Source: Veleropilina oligotropha
Taxonomy: Eukaryota
Assembly (NCBI GenBank): GCA_048128005.1
Contig: JBEUKZ010000089.1
Span: 62,001 to 126,000 of the forward strand
Reading direction: 5' to 3'
DNA length: 64,000 nt
Shown: positions 1 to 14,200 of the stretch, piece after piece
Numbering within the stretch: position 1 is the stretch's first letter
How the letters are laid out: each line of letters starts with the position of its first letter
Notes under the pieces: model-generated
Told to the model about the DNA's origin: nothing
The model's database searches: none
Seen by the model: the letters and a program-made list of their open reading frames with translations, nothing else
Made by a program: the position numbers and the translations under genes

Positions 1-286
1 ATATATATCCCCCAGGAATCGTGTATATATATGATCCCTCGGGAATAAAAATCACAACTTCGAGCATGAAATCCTTTCAGCTATACGTCGCCCATGTATA
101 TGATGTCTTTTCCATTGTTACGTGTTTTGTGTTTCATGGTTACATGCATTATAGAAACCAGAAGAGTCAGTAGACTAGCTAGTGTAATACTGTTCCATTT
201 CTGCCTCTTGCTTTATTTTACTCTTCGAATAAAGTGGATTAAAGTGCATGGAAAGTCACATCTGGGTCCTTTATTTTACTTTACAG

Positions 287-1802
287 ATGATGACTGGAAT
301 ACTTCAAGCAAAAGGATTAGTTATTCAAAGAAAACGGTTTCATGAAAGTATTCACAGGGTCAATCCCGTGTCTATGGCACAACGTCTTGGTACAACTGTT
401 TCACGAAGGCATTACTCTGTCCAAATGAGTAACTCTCTGTGGTACATAGATGGCCACATGAAATTAGCAAGGTATATATGCATATACATATCGCATTTTA
501 CTGTTTTTCAAAGCTTTACCAATTCCTTGGGCAAGGAAATAAGACACAATTGCTCCATCTGATCGTATAGAGACGTTAAACCGGTGGTCCCGAATGCGAT
601 ACCGGTGAAATACTCTGAACGTGGTTGTGAAATCTCCGATTCAAATCAAAATCAAACAGAGTCGCGTGGTCTCGACGACCGACTCTGAAATCACTGGTTA
701 AATTATTTCCTGACACGAACAGTAGTGCGTTGGAATCTTGATTGGGATATTGACATTGTTCAGCTATGAATCACAGTTTTCCGTAACTGGTCGGAGAGGG
801 CAGGTATCCCCAGGCGATCGGGCTTTCCTCCCGCGATAATATGGACATGCCCTGCTTTGAACCTGATGCATGTTAAATATGCAGGACACAAGGCATCGGT
901 CCTATCCTATCAATCAAATGGAAATATAACAATGGCGCACAGCTGTAACATGCAATAACTTCTCATTAATTACCTTGAACAGTGCTAGATCTACTTCAGA
1001 CCGCATTTAACGTCATAATACACCTACATTTATTTAAATTATATTATATATCTGTCGTTAATACTTGATACTTTTAATCTGTTAATTATTTTACAGATGG
1101 GGTATTTCCACTCATGGAGGTATTGATGGATACAGTCGCTTGATTGTGTTTTTGCGAGCAAATGTAGATAATAAAGCAACAACAGTTCTATATCATGTTG
1201 TGAAGGCTTGTCCGAAGTATAGCGTGCCACCTCGTGTTAGGTCAGACTTTGGGGGTGAAAATATCATGGTTTCCCTTTTCATGAACATGATGAATGGACA
1301 GGATAGGCACAGCCACATAACTGTGAGATCAGTTCATAACCAACGCATTGAAAGGTTGCGGCGAGATGTGTTCTATCACATGGAAGAACAGGGGCAGTTG
1401 GATCCAGAAAATGCTTATCATTGAATGGCCATCAAATATGCTTTTGTTCCAGCTATTAACAATCAGCTGGATGCATTTAGAATGGGCTGGAACTGCCACA
1501 AAATATCCACTGAAAGCAATCTTTCACCTCATCAGCTGTGGCTGAATGGAATTGTTGCGCACATCAATTCATCTAGTATTCTAGTAAGAAATATGTATGG
1601 CAATCCTCTTGCAGTCACAATTGAAGAACGATTGAGAGGCTATGGACTGGATCCAGCTAATTTCAGAGGAAATGATGAGCTCAGTGCTTCGGTGACCAGC
1701 CTGACCACTGATCAAGAAGAAAATCTTCTGTCCCTGTTTACAGACATACCTACCAGTGCTGAACGCTATAAGAAATGTCTGATTTCTTTGGAAGGGTTAT
1801 AA
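287..1802 (+). pseudogene. IS3/IS481-like (IS3EU-type) DDE integrase/transposase, 3' exons 287-471 and 1097-1802
   Basis: Acceptor ttacag|ATG at 287, donor ag|gt at 471, acceptor ttacag| at 1097. Splicing gives ..YSVQMSNSLWYIDGHMKLARWGISTHGGIDGYSRLIVFL..RVRSDFGGEN..SVHNQRIERLRRDVF.., an integrase-core D-D-E pattern. In-frame TGA at 1422-1424, then the frame continues (..QLDAFRMGWNCHKISTESNLSPHQLW..). Confidence 0.85.
655..915 (+). repeat. Interspersed SINE-like repeat, family A, in the integrase intron
   Basis: Reverse-complement copies lie at ~1885-2106 plus 14799-14875 and at ~47445-47830 (shared GGACATGCCCTGCTTTGAAC and CAGCTATGAATCACAGTT blocks). Boundaries approximate. Confidence 0.6.
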
Positions 1803-2596
1803 CATGCTGCTGATATATGAATGCCTTGATAATGAATTGAATGCATGGGCTGGCCTTTAAATTAAGTGTATGGCATTTCTAAACGGATAGGATGGGATCG
1901 ATTCTTAATGTCTGTGTATTTACAACAGTGGACGTTCAAGCAGGACATGTCCGTATATTGCATGAGTAAAGCCTGGTCGCCGGGATAAACCCGCCCTCAC
2001 CAGCCAGTTATGAACAACTGTGATTCATAACTGAACAAATAATGCCAATGTCCCAATCGAGATTCGAACGTACTGTTCGTATCAGCGGAATCAAGTCAGT
2101 GACTTGTAGTCCGTGGGCTAGTGGCGGGTTCCATGCACCCCCCCAAAACTAAACTTGGTTGTTATCTTATAGTTGCCTGGGTACCACTGGTCAAGAAAAA
2201 TGATGTTAACAGAAAAAATCTCATTCCCAAGGTACCTGCCACGCCCCTTTTTGAACTCTCCTGTGTTCACCGCCACTCCCAATTGTTTGGGGTGGGGGAA
2301 ACTAAATGTATCATAACATTGGTTTCATTGGACCGATTTTAATAAATCTTCCACCTTTGTAAAGGTCTTGGTGAGACCTACAAAATGATATATAGCAAAT
2401 GATGGTGACGTCACAGATGACATCATCATCCATGTCAAAAGGTCACTAGGTGAAAATCTGGGTCCTTGAAATTTAAAGGGCTGCTAAAAAGGTGTTAATT
2501 GTTGTCTTAGACTGATTGTGCTGCCACCTATGAACTAATCAGTGAGTAATCCCCTTAAGAAATTACCCCTGGGGATTTCCCATTAGCACAGGCCTA

Positions 2597-3164
2597 CCGT
2601 ATTTGCTCGCCGACATCCAGATCTTGTTTCAATGGTTAATCCGGAAATGCAGTTGTGCATAGAAATCGATTTCAATAAAGGTTTATGTGATTGATCGATA
2701 TCACAATTGATTCATTGATTGTATTTCACCATACTATCGTTAAAAGTTGACATGATTTGTTAAATAACACAAGCAGCTTCCTATCGACAAATGCTGAAGT
2801 GTCCATTCGAATAGCATTGGGCGCCATGTTTTATTGTGGACGACTTGCAAAAACGCAAATTGATTCTTGTTGGAAGTCAATTGTTTATGGATAATAAATT
2901 TGTTTTGCAAAGATATTATGGTAAGATAAAACTTCATAAATTTAAAATCTTATTAAAATAACAATTTTCTAATGGCTAACATGATAATGTAAATACTAAA
3001 AATAATTACGGAAGTAGTCCAGAAATTTGAGGACAGAGTAAATTTTCGTAGATTTCTCCAACAATCGATCCCAAAATGGTATATGTCGGCCGTATTAGTC
3101 GACCCCCCAACTTCACGACACTAAACATTGGGAATTTCCTCGACTAATACGCGAGGAAATACGG
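2597..3164. mobile_element. Small non-autonomous TIR element (Tc1/mariner-like MITE) inside Academ
   Basis: Left end CCGTATTTGCTCGC vs reverse complement of right end CCGTATTTCCTCGC (13/14). TA on the left flank only. Confidence 0.55.
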
Positions 3165-6100
3165 ATGCACTTTCATTTGTATTTGTATTTGTCACAATTT
3201 CAGTCAAAATTCTGTGAAATAAGCACTGAACTGATAGATATGTACAATGTACTGTACACCAATGACTGACGAAGAAGGTTGGTATTATAAATTATGTAAA
3301 ATATACCGTAGTTTAGTTCCCAAGACAAATTACTAGACCTGTTTGTATTTTGAAATGATACAGACAGATGCATCCAGTACATGAAAGCCTACATGTGTTT
3401 GTGAGAAAGGGCCCATAACTTGGCTGACGATAGAATTTCACTGGATTCATCTACATAGCTAAACCTATCATAAGAAGGGTGAAAGCTTTGATTAGAAAGT
3501 AGGCTTGACATGACATGTTTAAAATTAGGGACTACCAGTTTTAACAGTCAATTGTTCTTTTTCAGGTCTGACTGCGTGCGGCTGCTACAATGGAGTCAAA
3601 AAAGAAACGAAAACTTGATGATGCCCAGGGACATGGGGAGAGATACGGTGTGTGCATAATTCACATGAAGAACTCGACCTGCGATGCTTTTACGTACATT
3701 GTAAAAACAAAGGACCCAGCTGAACGATTTCAACGGATTAAAGACATTCAAAAATTGAGACTTTCACAGGCATTAGATTCAGCATATCGTATGTATGAGG
3801 CATGTGAACAAATCCCTGATACATATTCTGATCACCATGGGTATCACAGAGACTGCTATGCACGCTTTACATCGAATCTGAAACGCCTTGAGGATAGTGA
3901 ACAACCGTCAAGTAGCCATATAGAACTGAGGAGGTATTCTCTTGATAAAGAAAAAACAATTTTCAAACCTGACTATCTTTTGCAGAAAGGAAGGGAAAAA
4001 ATCCATCAAAGTTCGCAATGCATGGACAACCGAAGGGACAAGGGTCTTTGAACGAGGAGGTGGTGAGTCAGTTGCAATAGAAGCCACGAACCGAGACGAC
4101 TATGAACTTTTGAGAAGGATTTCTGGTTTTGATTTATTCGCATGTGAAGCAAGGTATCACCCAAGCTGCCGTCGCAAATACAAACTAGTAAGTAGACCGG
4201 AACTGTGGAGATCGAAAAATGAGGAGAAAGTCAAAGAGCAAGCTGCATTGGAAGATGCTCATAACAAAACATTTGATCTGGTGTGTGAGGTGATTACTGA
4301 TGTAATCATCAATAAAGAGAAAATCCTCAAACTGAGTGAATTACGGGATCTTTATGTTTCGCATTTACAGAGGACTCCGTTTCCAAACCCGGATCATCGA
4401 AGTGAAAATCTGAAGCTCAAATTGGAAAGACACAAAGATTATCAAAAACTATTGGGATTCTGTCCAGTTAAATCAGGTGGCAAATTCCAATCATACCTTG
4501 TGTTCAACACCAAGACAGACCTAAGCAAGGCAATCTCGGCGAGTTATCTCTTAGGTCGGCGTGGTAGAGTGGAGGACGTGGCTGGGCAGTTGAAACACGA
4601 AGTCGTAAGCGCATTCATGAACACTGATGCCATGTCATGGCCACTACTTGCTAGTGACCTATCTGCCAGCAATGATCACATTGTCCCCAGCCAACTGAAG
4701 ATGTTTCTCACGTCCCTTTTATCTCAGGATAGAAATGACAGAGAACCATCAAAGCGGATTCTTCGATTGGCCAACTCTATTGGACAAGACATTTGCCGCG
4801 AAGTAACGAATGGAAAGTGGAAGATGTCAAAACATGTGCTGCTTGGCATGACATTCAGACATCCATTCAGGAGTGGAGAACTCATTAGACTACTAAACCG
4901 TCTTGGTCAGTGTGAAAATTATTCCTTTCTGCTTGAGCTGGAAACTGCCATAGCTCAAGCTGTAGAAAATACTTCAAGCTTACTACCAGTCTCAATCATC
5001 AGGAACCCAGCATGTCCATTTCTTTTTCATTCCGATTTTGACAATTTCGATGAATACATCAATGATCTTGCAGGAGCCGGGTCAGTGCACAGATCTCATG
5101 GGATCATGTTGCAGGAAATCTGTGGGACAGGACAAGAGGTCGGCGGCACACAGCCTGAGCTTCCTGCTTTACCAAGGACTGGTCAACGCGCATTCAACCC
5201 AGTTATGAATGAGCTGGAAGAATGCTATGTTGGAAAGCGACGGAGTCCCGTGTATGAAATAAAGCGAAAATCCATTGACGGCGCGGAGAAAGCACATCAG
5301 AACTGTGTTATGAAAAACATGCTATGGCTACTGTTACGGCTCTATTGTGCAACGCAAGAACAGACCATGCCTGGATGGGCAGGCTATGTGTCCTCAACTG
5401 GGGATGTTCCTCATCGGCTGACCACTGTTGACTACTACCCTGTGATTCCTTTCCCTATCACTGACAACAAGGCGGTGAAAGAATGTCTGCGATTTTCAGA
5501 GGAAGCAACACTTGAAGTTGGACAAAAGTACGTTATCACATCCTTTGATTTGGGTGTGTGCATGAAAGCTTATCCTCTGGTATGGAACTACCCAAAGCGA
5601 TACGAGAACCATGTCATCATGATAGGAACATTTCATCTTGCTTGTAGCTACTTGAAGATGTTAGGAAAGAAAATGGAGTGCTCTGGTCTATCTGATGTAC
5701 TGTTAGAGGCTGGCCTTATCTCCCCAGGGTCTCTCAGTGGTGTACTTTCTGGCAAAAGCTATGCTAGGGCAATCCACTGCCACAAAGTCATGGTCGAATC
5801 ACTGGAGCGGCTACTGCTTGAACAATTCACAGATAAAACAGAGGTGTGTTTCATAGATATCCCACAGGCATCCAAAGATCTTCTCAGTGGAGTCGTGAAA
5901 TCCCCGAGCAAGGACAATGAAACTGCTGCATTAGCTGATCTGCACATAGTATCATACATTGAAAGGTACTTAAAATTTCGTGAAACTGTTCGAACTGGAG
6001 TCCTCGGGAAAACAGCAACGTTTTGGATGTCCTATATGGATCATGTCTGGTTGACATTGAATTTGCTGCAGGGTGTGAAGACGAACGACTTCCTTGCATA

Positions 6101-7810
6101 TTCGCATTGTCTCTGTCTAATGCCAGATCTCTTCTTCAACTTCGGAGGACAAAATTATGCACGTTACATGGCATTCTTTTCTATGTTCATCACAAATATT
6201 GAAACGTCTCATCCTGGTGCCGCTGAACTGTTGCGAAGAGGAGCCTTCAGTGTGGCAAGGTCTTTCATTCCAGGAAATCGATGTGAGGTTGATAAGACAA
6301 TTGAGGAAACTTTGATGAAACAGTCCAAGTCCAGGGGTGGAAGTGGATCCTCTGGTGCAGGACTGACGGGATTACAAACCAACTACGGTGCAGATCAACG
6401 ATGGACCAGATCTGCTTCAGAGCGAGCGAAGTATCTACAGGCCACGTACAGCCTGGCAGATATGGTGGACGACCAGTATGTCGGCAAAGAACATCGTGAT
6501 AATCGAAATGCAGAGAAACGGCGGAGTGAAAGACAAGTCGGAAAAACAGTTGAGGCCATTCAAAGTTTCAACAACCCATTTGCAGTACCAGACAAGGATA
6601 AGGTCTATTGCATATCTTCAGGAGCGCCAGCACCCGCAGTTATCGAAGTGCACATACTCCGTGCAGACTCTGTGGGTAGAGACAGCAAGGATGATTTCAT
6701 TACGAACCGCTTGGAAGCAAAGGATTACTTTTTTTAACCAATAAAGCGTTTGAATCTGAAGACCATGTCGGCGATGCACAAGTCTGTAAAAGTCACAACC
6801 TCAAAGAACAAGACAATCATGTACAAACAACAGGGGAATGTTGCATTTCAGCTTCTGGTCAAATCACAGCAGACTGCAGATAAAATGGACTTGATGAAGC
6901 TCCTTACCTATCCACTTGTTCCAGTACCCTATAGCATTGGACTTCCCGACAACTTCCTTGCAAAGACGGACAAGGCTAAAGGACTACACTATCTCATCAA
7001 AGATTTGGATGACGCAAACATCCCAGAAGATCCAAAAAACTGTCTGGTCATTGAGGATGGGAATGCCATCTTTCATTACATGAAAGAACTCCCTGGAAAC
7101 TTTGAGGTACTGAAACTTTGATGGTACTGAAAACAGCACTGCAGAAGTCGCCAGTCATATTCAGTACAGACATGTACCAAGACTGTTCAGTGAAAGGAGT
7201 TGAGAGAAAAAGAAGAGGCTGTGGGGATAAACTTATTGTTCGAGGAGAAAAAACTAGGCGCCCTAAAGACTGGAAAGATTTCCTGACGAACGATGAGACC
7301 AAGGAACAACTGATTCGTGTTTTGCTTTCCACATGGAGGAGCAAATCGTTCTCCCAGAAACTAGAGGGCCATGAAGTTACATTGATTTGTGAAGGTCAGG
7401 CTTATCAGCTTACATCGGATGGCGAGTCAACTTTGTGCCAGGAGATTACCTCTCTAGAGTCTACAGGCCTCGACAAATCCCATTGCCCGATTGCCCAGGG
7501 CAGGTACTACATTACGTCGGGCACCCATGTTTACCCTGCGCCGTGCCCGGTTGGGCAAGTTGATATTCTCAATAAAATTTACATTAATCCTTGCTTGTCG
7601 TGTTTATTTTTACGTCCGCGTGTCACTTTTAAGTTATTAAGAATGTTCCTAAACGAGAAAGCAAAATTTCGCGCTAGCAACACGCTCATTTTGCAGTGTG
7701 GTGTCTTGCCACGAGGTTTCCCATCGCGTCTTTTCATTGGTCAATACATTCCATCTGACCAATGGCGTGCAGTTTTAGTGAATGACACGGTCTACATATC
7801 CAATATGGCG

Positions 7811-10800
7811 ATGTATAAATACTTGGTTGGAGGAACAGCGAAGAAGAAAGTAGATAATCCACCGATAGAGACATCCATCAAGAAATTTAAGATCGACTAC
7901 TAACAAAATAAACGCCGGAGATCGTTTCTTCAGAAGTGGGCGGAGGAGTTTGATTGGGTACGACACGACGATGAGCAGAATCTAATGTTCTGTGACACGT
8001 GCATATCACACCCGGCGATATGCGACCAAACCACGTCATTGGTTACGGGCTGTTCTTCGTTTAGAATTCAAAATCTACAGGCCCATGAAAAAAATGAAAA
8101 GCATTGCAGATGCGTGGAAGCAAAACGGGTAGCTGAAAATAAACAGATCGCACCGATGGACCGTGCCTTATTAAAAATTAATAAAGAAAATAGAGCACAA
8201 CTTGAAAAATTGTTTATAACAGCCTACCACACTGTGAAAAATGAACGTCCATTTACCTCTTACGTTCTGGATGTGAAACTCCAAGTCAGAAATGGTCTCG
8301 AACTAGGAAACAATTACATGAGCGATAATGCATGTAGAAGGTGGGTCCCAGCTACATTTTTTTATTTTGTCCCATTCATCACACATTGTTCCGACATATT
8401 GTGACATGTACATATTATTGTGAGAGAAAAACCCGGTTTAACCAGTGAAATTGATGCACCTTGGTCGATTATGGACAACAGACGTCAGTGTCTGTTAACT
8501 TTGCAATGTCTCTGTCAGGATTTGAACCCTCACTGCAACGTCAGCACAGACAGGCCAAGTCACTTAGTGGATTTAACACATTCGCTCTATCCACTGGCAA
8601 CCAGACGCCCTTGTTTATTTTAATCGGATAATCCATTTGCAATGTGGTTAAGCCTTTAAGGAAAATTATTTAACACTTAACCACTCACTTCCTTGGCATT
8701 TATGTCTGATGAAATGTACTCTTATTCGCCAGAAGCAATACTGGCAGTGGGGCAAACATAGAATCATGATTGAATGATAAATTCTGAGCAATGGTTAAAG
8801 TTGTCTGCGCAGATGTAACATCAGCATCAACTTGGTAGACCAATAAAATACAATAATATATCAACGCAGTATTATTGTGGGATATTTGAAGACCAATAAC
8901 TTTGAATTATTTATTAAAAATGAAATACCGGTAAATACAATGACAATATATAACTGTATTACACAAATTTATACAATGCATTATATATACAATTAAACTA
9001 GTAAGCAAGAATTGACACATAAGTGAATATCAACAAGCAATACAAAATTTAAGACCAATGATTACAAGCAGAACAAATGCAGATCAGTTCTTAAGAAGTG
9101 TGCAGATGAATTTGAATGCAGCATCCATGCAGCTCGAATCGTACCTGGTGACAAACAGCAAACCATTAATTTAAAAGAAATTGTCACTGCAATTGCATGT
9201 CACTATCTCAAACATGAAACAGATATATTACTAATTATTACATTTTTTTCTGAACTAAATTAAACTAAAAACTAAATTAAATTAGAAATATTTTTGTTTT
9301 CAGATTTGTTGAACATATAGCTGCAGTATTGGAGACAAACAACACAGCTGCCATCAAAACAAGCCGATTTATGTCAGTCATGTGCGATTCGAGCACAGAT
9401 TGCAGTGTCAGAGATCTTGACCTAATTTATGCCAGACACATTGAACATGGTAGACCAGTTAACACTTACGTCGGTATTGTGGAGCTTGAGCATGCACATG
9501 CACAGGGTCACAAAGATGCTATGGAAAGTGTGTTTGAAAATGTTGGTATGACTGACTGGAAAACTAGAACGATTGGTTTTGGAGCTGATGGGGCGGCAGT
9601 CATGCTTGGCTGCAGAAATGGTCTTGCAGCTTTGTTAAAGGTAGATATACCCCACTTAGTGGAAATACATTGTTGCGCACACCGTTTAGAGCTTGGGGCA
9701 CTGGGGGCTATTAAAGATCACCCACTGATGTTGAAACTTCGCGATACTCTAATTGGTATTTACAAGCAATACCATTATAGTCCCAAAGCATTACGCGAAC
9801 TTAAAGCTGTCAGTGAGGCACTTGATGAGAAAGCTTTGAAACCAGTCAATCTGAAGGGAACCCGCTGGTTGCCGCATTTCCATAAAGCGTTACAAGTCCT
9901 CATGAGGGATTATACACCTATTCTAACTCATGCTCAGCACACGTATGAAGCCAGAACAGCTAGTGCAGACATGCAAGGTCGGGCTCGTCTCCTTTCAAAC
10001 ACACTGACCGATTACAAATGTCTCTTGTTCTCATACTTAATGCTGGACATTTTACAGTCTTTAAGTATTTTAAGCAAAACGTTTCAAAGAGATGCCTCTA
10101 CATTGTCAGAGTGCTCTCAGGCTCTTGAAACAACAGTTCTATCATTGGAAGGAATGAAACGAAGACCGGACAAAGAGCTCGAGTCATTTATTGCTGCTGT
10201 TCACGATGGCAGATACAGAAATCAGAGTCTCAAAGGGGTCACGGAGGAAACTCTAGAAAACTTCAGTGACAGGAAAGTTGCCATTCTCGACACTTTCATT
10301 CAGTTTATTTCAGATCGGTTCAGCAGTCTCGATGCAAATCCAGTTCTGGCTGCATGTCGTGTAATGACAATTGCTGATTGGCCAACAGCGAGGCAGGAGT
10401 TAGCAGTCTTTGGGGAGCAGGATATAGGTACACTGACCGAGCATTTCAAGAATCCACTCGAGCAACAGCATTGTGATCTTGATCAGATCCAGCCAGAATG
10501 GAGGAACGTCAAAGTTCACATAAACCGGCAGCCTAAAAATAATCAAGGTACATTGTGGGCAAATGTTATTGTAAATCATCAAAGCAGGTTTCCAAATATT
10601 ACAATGCTGTTGGAAATTGTTCTCTTGCTGCCCATGTCCACAGCTGCTGTTGAGCGCGGTTTCTCAACAATGAAGCGTGTCAAAACCGACTGGCGATCGT
10701 CTTTAGCTCCATCAATGCTCCACCGTCTCCTGCTGATCTCCATCCAAGGGCCAGATCTGCAGGATTGGAATCCAGAAGAATCCCTTGTCCGGTGGTATAA

Positions 10801-10861
10801 CGATGGTAACAGGCGCATTGGTTACCAGAGAGCAGAGAGAGCAACGAGTCTGGACGAATAA
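7811..10861 (+). pseudogene. hAT transposase (ZNF862-like), exons ~7811-8340 and 9304-10861
   Basis: TTF-type Zn finger (W..FDW..MFCDTC..HEKNEKH), DSSTD, GADGA, CCAHRLEL, TRW and dimerisation motif STAAVERGFS. The GT..AG intron joins in frame (CRR|FVEH). One in-frame TAA at 7901. Confidence 0.88.
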
Positions 10862-11069
10862 CAGGATTGTGTCTTCATCATTCTGGACATTCAATCTACC
10901 TGTTAAAATAGGAGTTATTGTTAATTGTATTTGATTAAACTTTTAACTGTTGTGCTAATTAATATAATTTAAAATAACATTAATAATTAAATTTCCGTGA
11001 ATCAAGAATTGAATTAATTTGCGTCACTATGAATCAATTTCTGACATTAGTGAGGTTTTCTGAAACACA

Positions 11070-11262
11070 CACGTGCCGGCAGTCCTGTATTTTAGGGGAC
11101 AAAATTATTTGCATTTAAGTGTTTCAATTTATTTTATTAATGCATCCACATGCCTTCGATGTTGTTTGGGGTTTTACCTCCCATTCATCAGAATGAATGG
11201 GTCCCATTAAAATACTTTTAAAAGTAATTTGGTCCCCTAAACATGCAGGATTGCCCACCTGT
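11070..11262. repeat. Small palindromic MITE-like element
   Basis: ~40-bp imperfect inverted repeat: GGCAGTCCTGTATTTTAGGGGACAAAATTA vs TAATTTGGTCCCCTAAACATGCAGGATTGCC. Confidence 0.5.
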
Positions 11263-14200
11263 CACAATGACACGTGCATAGAAGTAGATATCATCTGGGC
11301 GACTGGGTGGAAAACACAAAGTGAAAGCGAAACCATTTAAAAAATTTCCATTATTCTAAGCATCAGACACTGAGACAAGGTACATTTATTTATATGATTT
11401 AATCTGTTATCCATATTATTCTCTTTATTGTAAATATGAAATATGTTGGCCTGGTCATACACAATTATATTGCTATTTGCAGCATAATGAGTTAACTTGA
11501 CCCCAGCGTTAGACTATGTAGGCGCCGCGTGTAGCCTACACCAATGTGAAGCCATGCTCATTTGCTTCCTATGTACACTTTATAAGTAATGTGCAGTCGG
11601 TATTGATTATTCTAGCCGACCTTGTTAATATTGGGACCTATTACGTAAACATTTATATTTAGCAGTTATAAAGTTAAACATGGATGAGACTGACACTAAA
11701 AAAACGTTATATTTTTGCTGTCCGTACGTTTGCTTACAGAGTCACAAAGAGAGTGCATGACAATAAAATACTTACAAGTTATTGCAATGCTATTTTCGTT
11801 TTCTTTCACAAAGTACATTCTACCACATTATATCAGAAACATTTATATATGTAGGAATTAATACAATTTAGCAATAATCATATCTAATTATTTACCGTAA
11901 ACAATGTTCTTCAATGGCACATGTACAAGCTAGCATCCCGGAAACGACTACGTATTTACTTGTCTTTGCACGCGCCAATATGCGCAGCGCGGGAAAGCAC
12001 AACGGTTATGCTCAAATGTGGAGCGGCTCAGCCAATGGGAGGACCTCTTGCATATCTAGCCAATGGTGGGATTTCTGTCAACATGCATGACAAACGCAAA
12101 TGTATTACGTTTAGACTGACACTACCGTGATGAAGAAGCAGCTAGCAGTGTACTGGTTAAATATGTTGAATCTGCATTCGCATTATATTTACGATATAAG
12201 AAAACTATAAATACTATACGTATCCATTAATGATATATTTTTAAGGTGAATGACATGTCAAAAGTTAAAATGATTGCAAAACATGCTCGCGGCGGCTGCA
12301 CTTTGTTGATAATCGGTATTTAAATAACGTACAATCGGTTTGAATTATGTGCGCGTGTGTGGTAATCTCTGAACCGTCCTCACGGCCGTCCTTCGTGTAT
12401 ACAATAAATCGCTACATAAAGTGTTGTATATAACGGCATTTGATTGCATTTTAGCGTACCAAAATCGAGGCCAGGTCATATCTTAGCAGTTACAGTCAGT
12501 GTTTTTTTTTTACAAGCACACAGTAATGAACGTTTAATGTACTTTCTGACCGTTCACTTTATTTTTTCATTATCGAAATGTCATCAACACATTGAAATTC
12601 AACTATTATTAATATACCAAATTCTTTTATTGTCCAAAGTCTTACAAACTGTGAAACACATTCTGATTATAAACTAGAATTATAGTATTGTCATGCTTCA
12701 ATGATGAAGGCCATAAAATGAGTGCGAACAGAGGAAATTGTGGAGCTATATGCAGTGATGAAAGCATGTAACAAGTATAAGTATATACAAACTTTGGAAC
12801 TACCATATATTATATCAATGACCTTTTTTATTTATAAAATAAAATATTTTGTGTCAATATAAACATACAATATTGCAAATTTACAAGGGAGAATTGAACA
12901 CTGAAAATGCTCAAGATGCGCTCTCAGGCATTCTAGATTTCAAAATTTTCCGGGGGAGACCCCCCGTACCCCCCTAACGAGAGGGGGTCCCCCCCCTCTC
13001 GTACTCTCCTGGCTCGGTCCTACGGCCCTCGATTTACGGAGTGGGGCAAGTGAACAATCATGCAGGGCAAGTAACACTCAGGAAGCACTTGCCCTGCGGG
13101 CAAGTGCTATTTTAGACTTTTGTAGAGGCCTGGTCTACCCAAGAAGAAACGGACTCGAGGACCATCCTCTACTGTCACTATGCAAAGGAAAAGGGCTTTA
13201 AGCATGTTCGAGTGGGAAGTCCAGACTCTGACATTTTCTTTATCCTCCTTAAACATGCACATGAACTACAAGGAATTGATATCCTATTCGAAACCGGGAA
13301 AGGAAACAAGAAGCGCCGGATCAACGTTGGCAAGCTAGCGCAAGTGTTACCACCACTCCTATGTGATGCCTTCCTAGGCCTTCATGCCTTCACTGGCTGT
13401 GATAGCACAAGCGCATTCAGAGGCAAAGGAAAGGTGAAGGCATTGAAGCTAGTTCAGAAAAGCAAGCACTTCCAGGAAGCATTCTCAGCTTTGGGCGAAT
13501 CTTGGGAAGTGACCCCAGAAACTCAGGTTGTTATTGAAGAATTAACATGTGCCCTCTATGGGAATCGGAGGATTAAGAAAGTTAATGAACTGAGACACTC
13601 ACTCTTGCTGACGAAATGTGGTGGACAAGACAGAGCCCTTGCTCTGTCTAGTAGTTTTGACTTGAGTGCTCTACCACCGTGCAACAGTTGTTTGCTTGAA
13701 CACTTAAACCGTGCAAACTACCAGGTTGGCATTTGGAAACGGGCGCATATTGCCAAGCCTGACATTCCAAGTCCACTCAATGGACATGGATGGACTCGTG
13801 ATGAAAATGGTGAATTGATACCGAAATGGACCAATGGTGAGATCATGCCAGTTCAGCTTGTGGATATTCTTGAAGCGACACCAGAAGTGGAAGATGAAAG
13901 TGACGATGAAAGTGAAGATGATGAACGATTTATCAACGAGGAACTGTCCAGTGACAGCAACGATGACTCCGATAGTGACTGAACAATAGTGAGGCAACAT
14001 ACTTTCTTGAAGTTAGTTCTGAAATGCGAACAATGTTCATGAAATCAGGCTAAGACAACAATTAACACCTTTTTAGCAGCCCTTTAAATTTCAAGGACCA
14101 AGATTTTCACCTGGTGACCTTTTGACCTAGATGATGTCATCCATGACGTCATCATCATTTTCTAGATATAATTTTGCCTCGCCAGTACCTTTACAATGAT

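Larger units (their letters stand above)
7464..13132 (+). mobile_element. hAT DNA transposon with 5-bp TSD (hAT5-like), 5669 bp
   Basis: TIRs CAGGCCTCGACAAA / CAGGCCTCTACAAA (13/14). TSD GTCTA at 7459-7463 and 13133-13137. Removing the element restores the Academ frame EITSLEST-QEETDSR. TTGCCC/GGGCAA motifs cluster at both ends. Confidence 0.92.
3590..13982 (+). pseudogene. Academ transposase with XPG/FEN1-like nuclease domain (segments 3590-7463 and 13138-13982)
   Basis: ORF pieces 3590-4051, 3942-6737, 6750-7121, 7118-7463 and 13138-13982 chain into one protein: YHRDCY, ARYHPSC, DFDNFD, SFDLG, GTFHL..YL, EDGNA, STQEETD, SPDSD, LHAFTGCDSTSAF (H3TH), LPPC..H..RANYQ..W. Lesions: frameshifts near 3975 and 7115, TAA at 6735, and the hAT insertion. 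Confidence 0.87.

Noticed and set aside
7464..7903. C-terminal part of ORF 7118-7903 as Academ protein
   Set aside because: Read-through into the hAT left end; the true continuation is at 13138.
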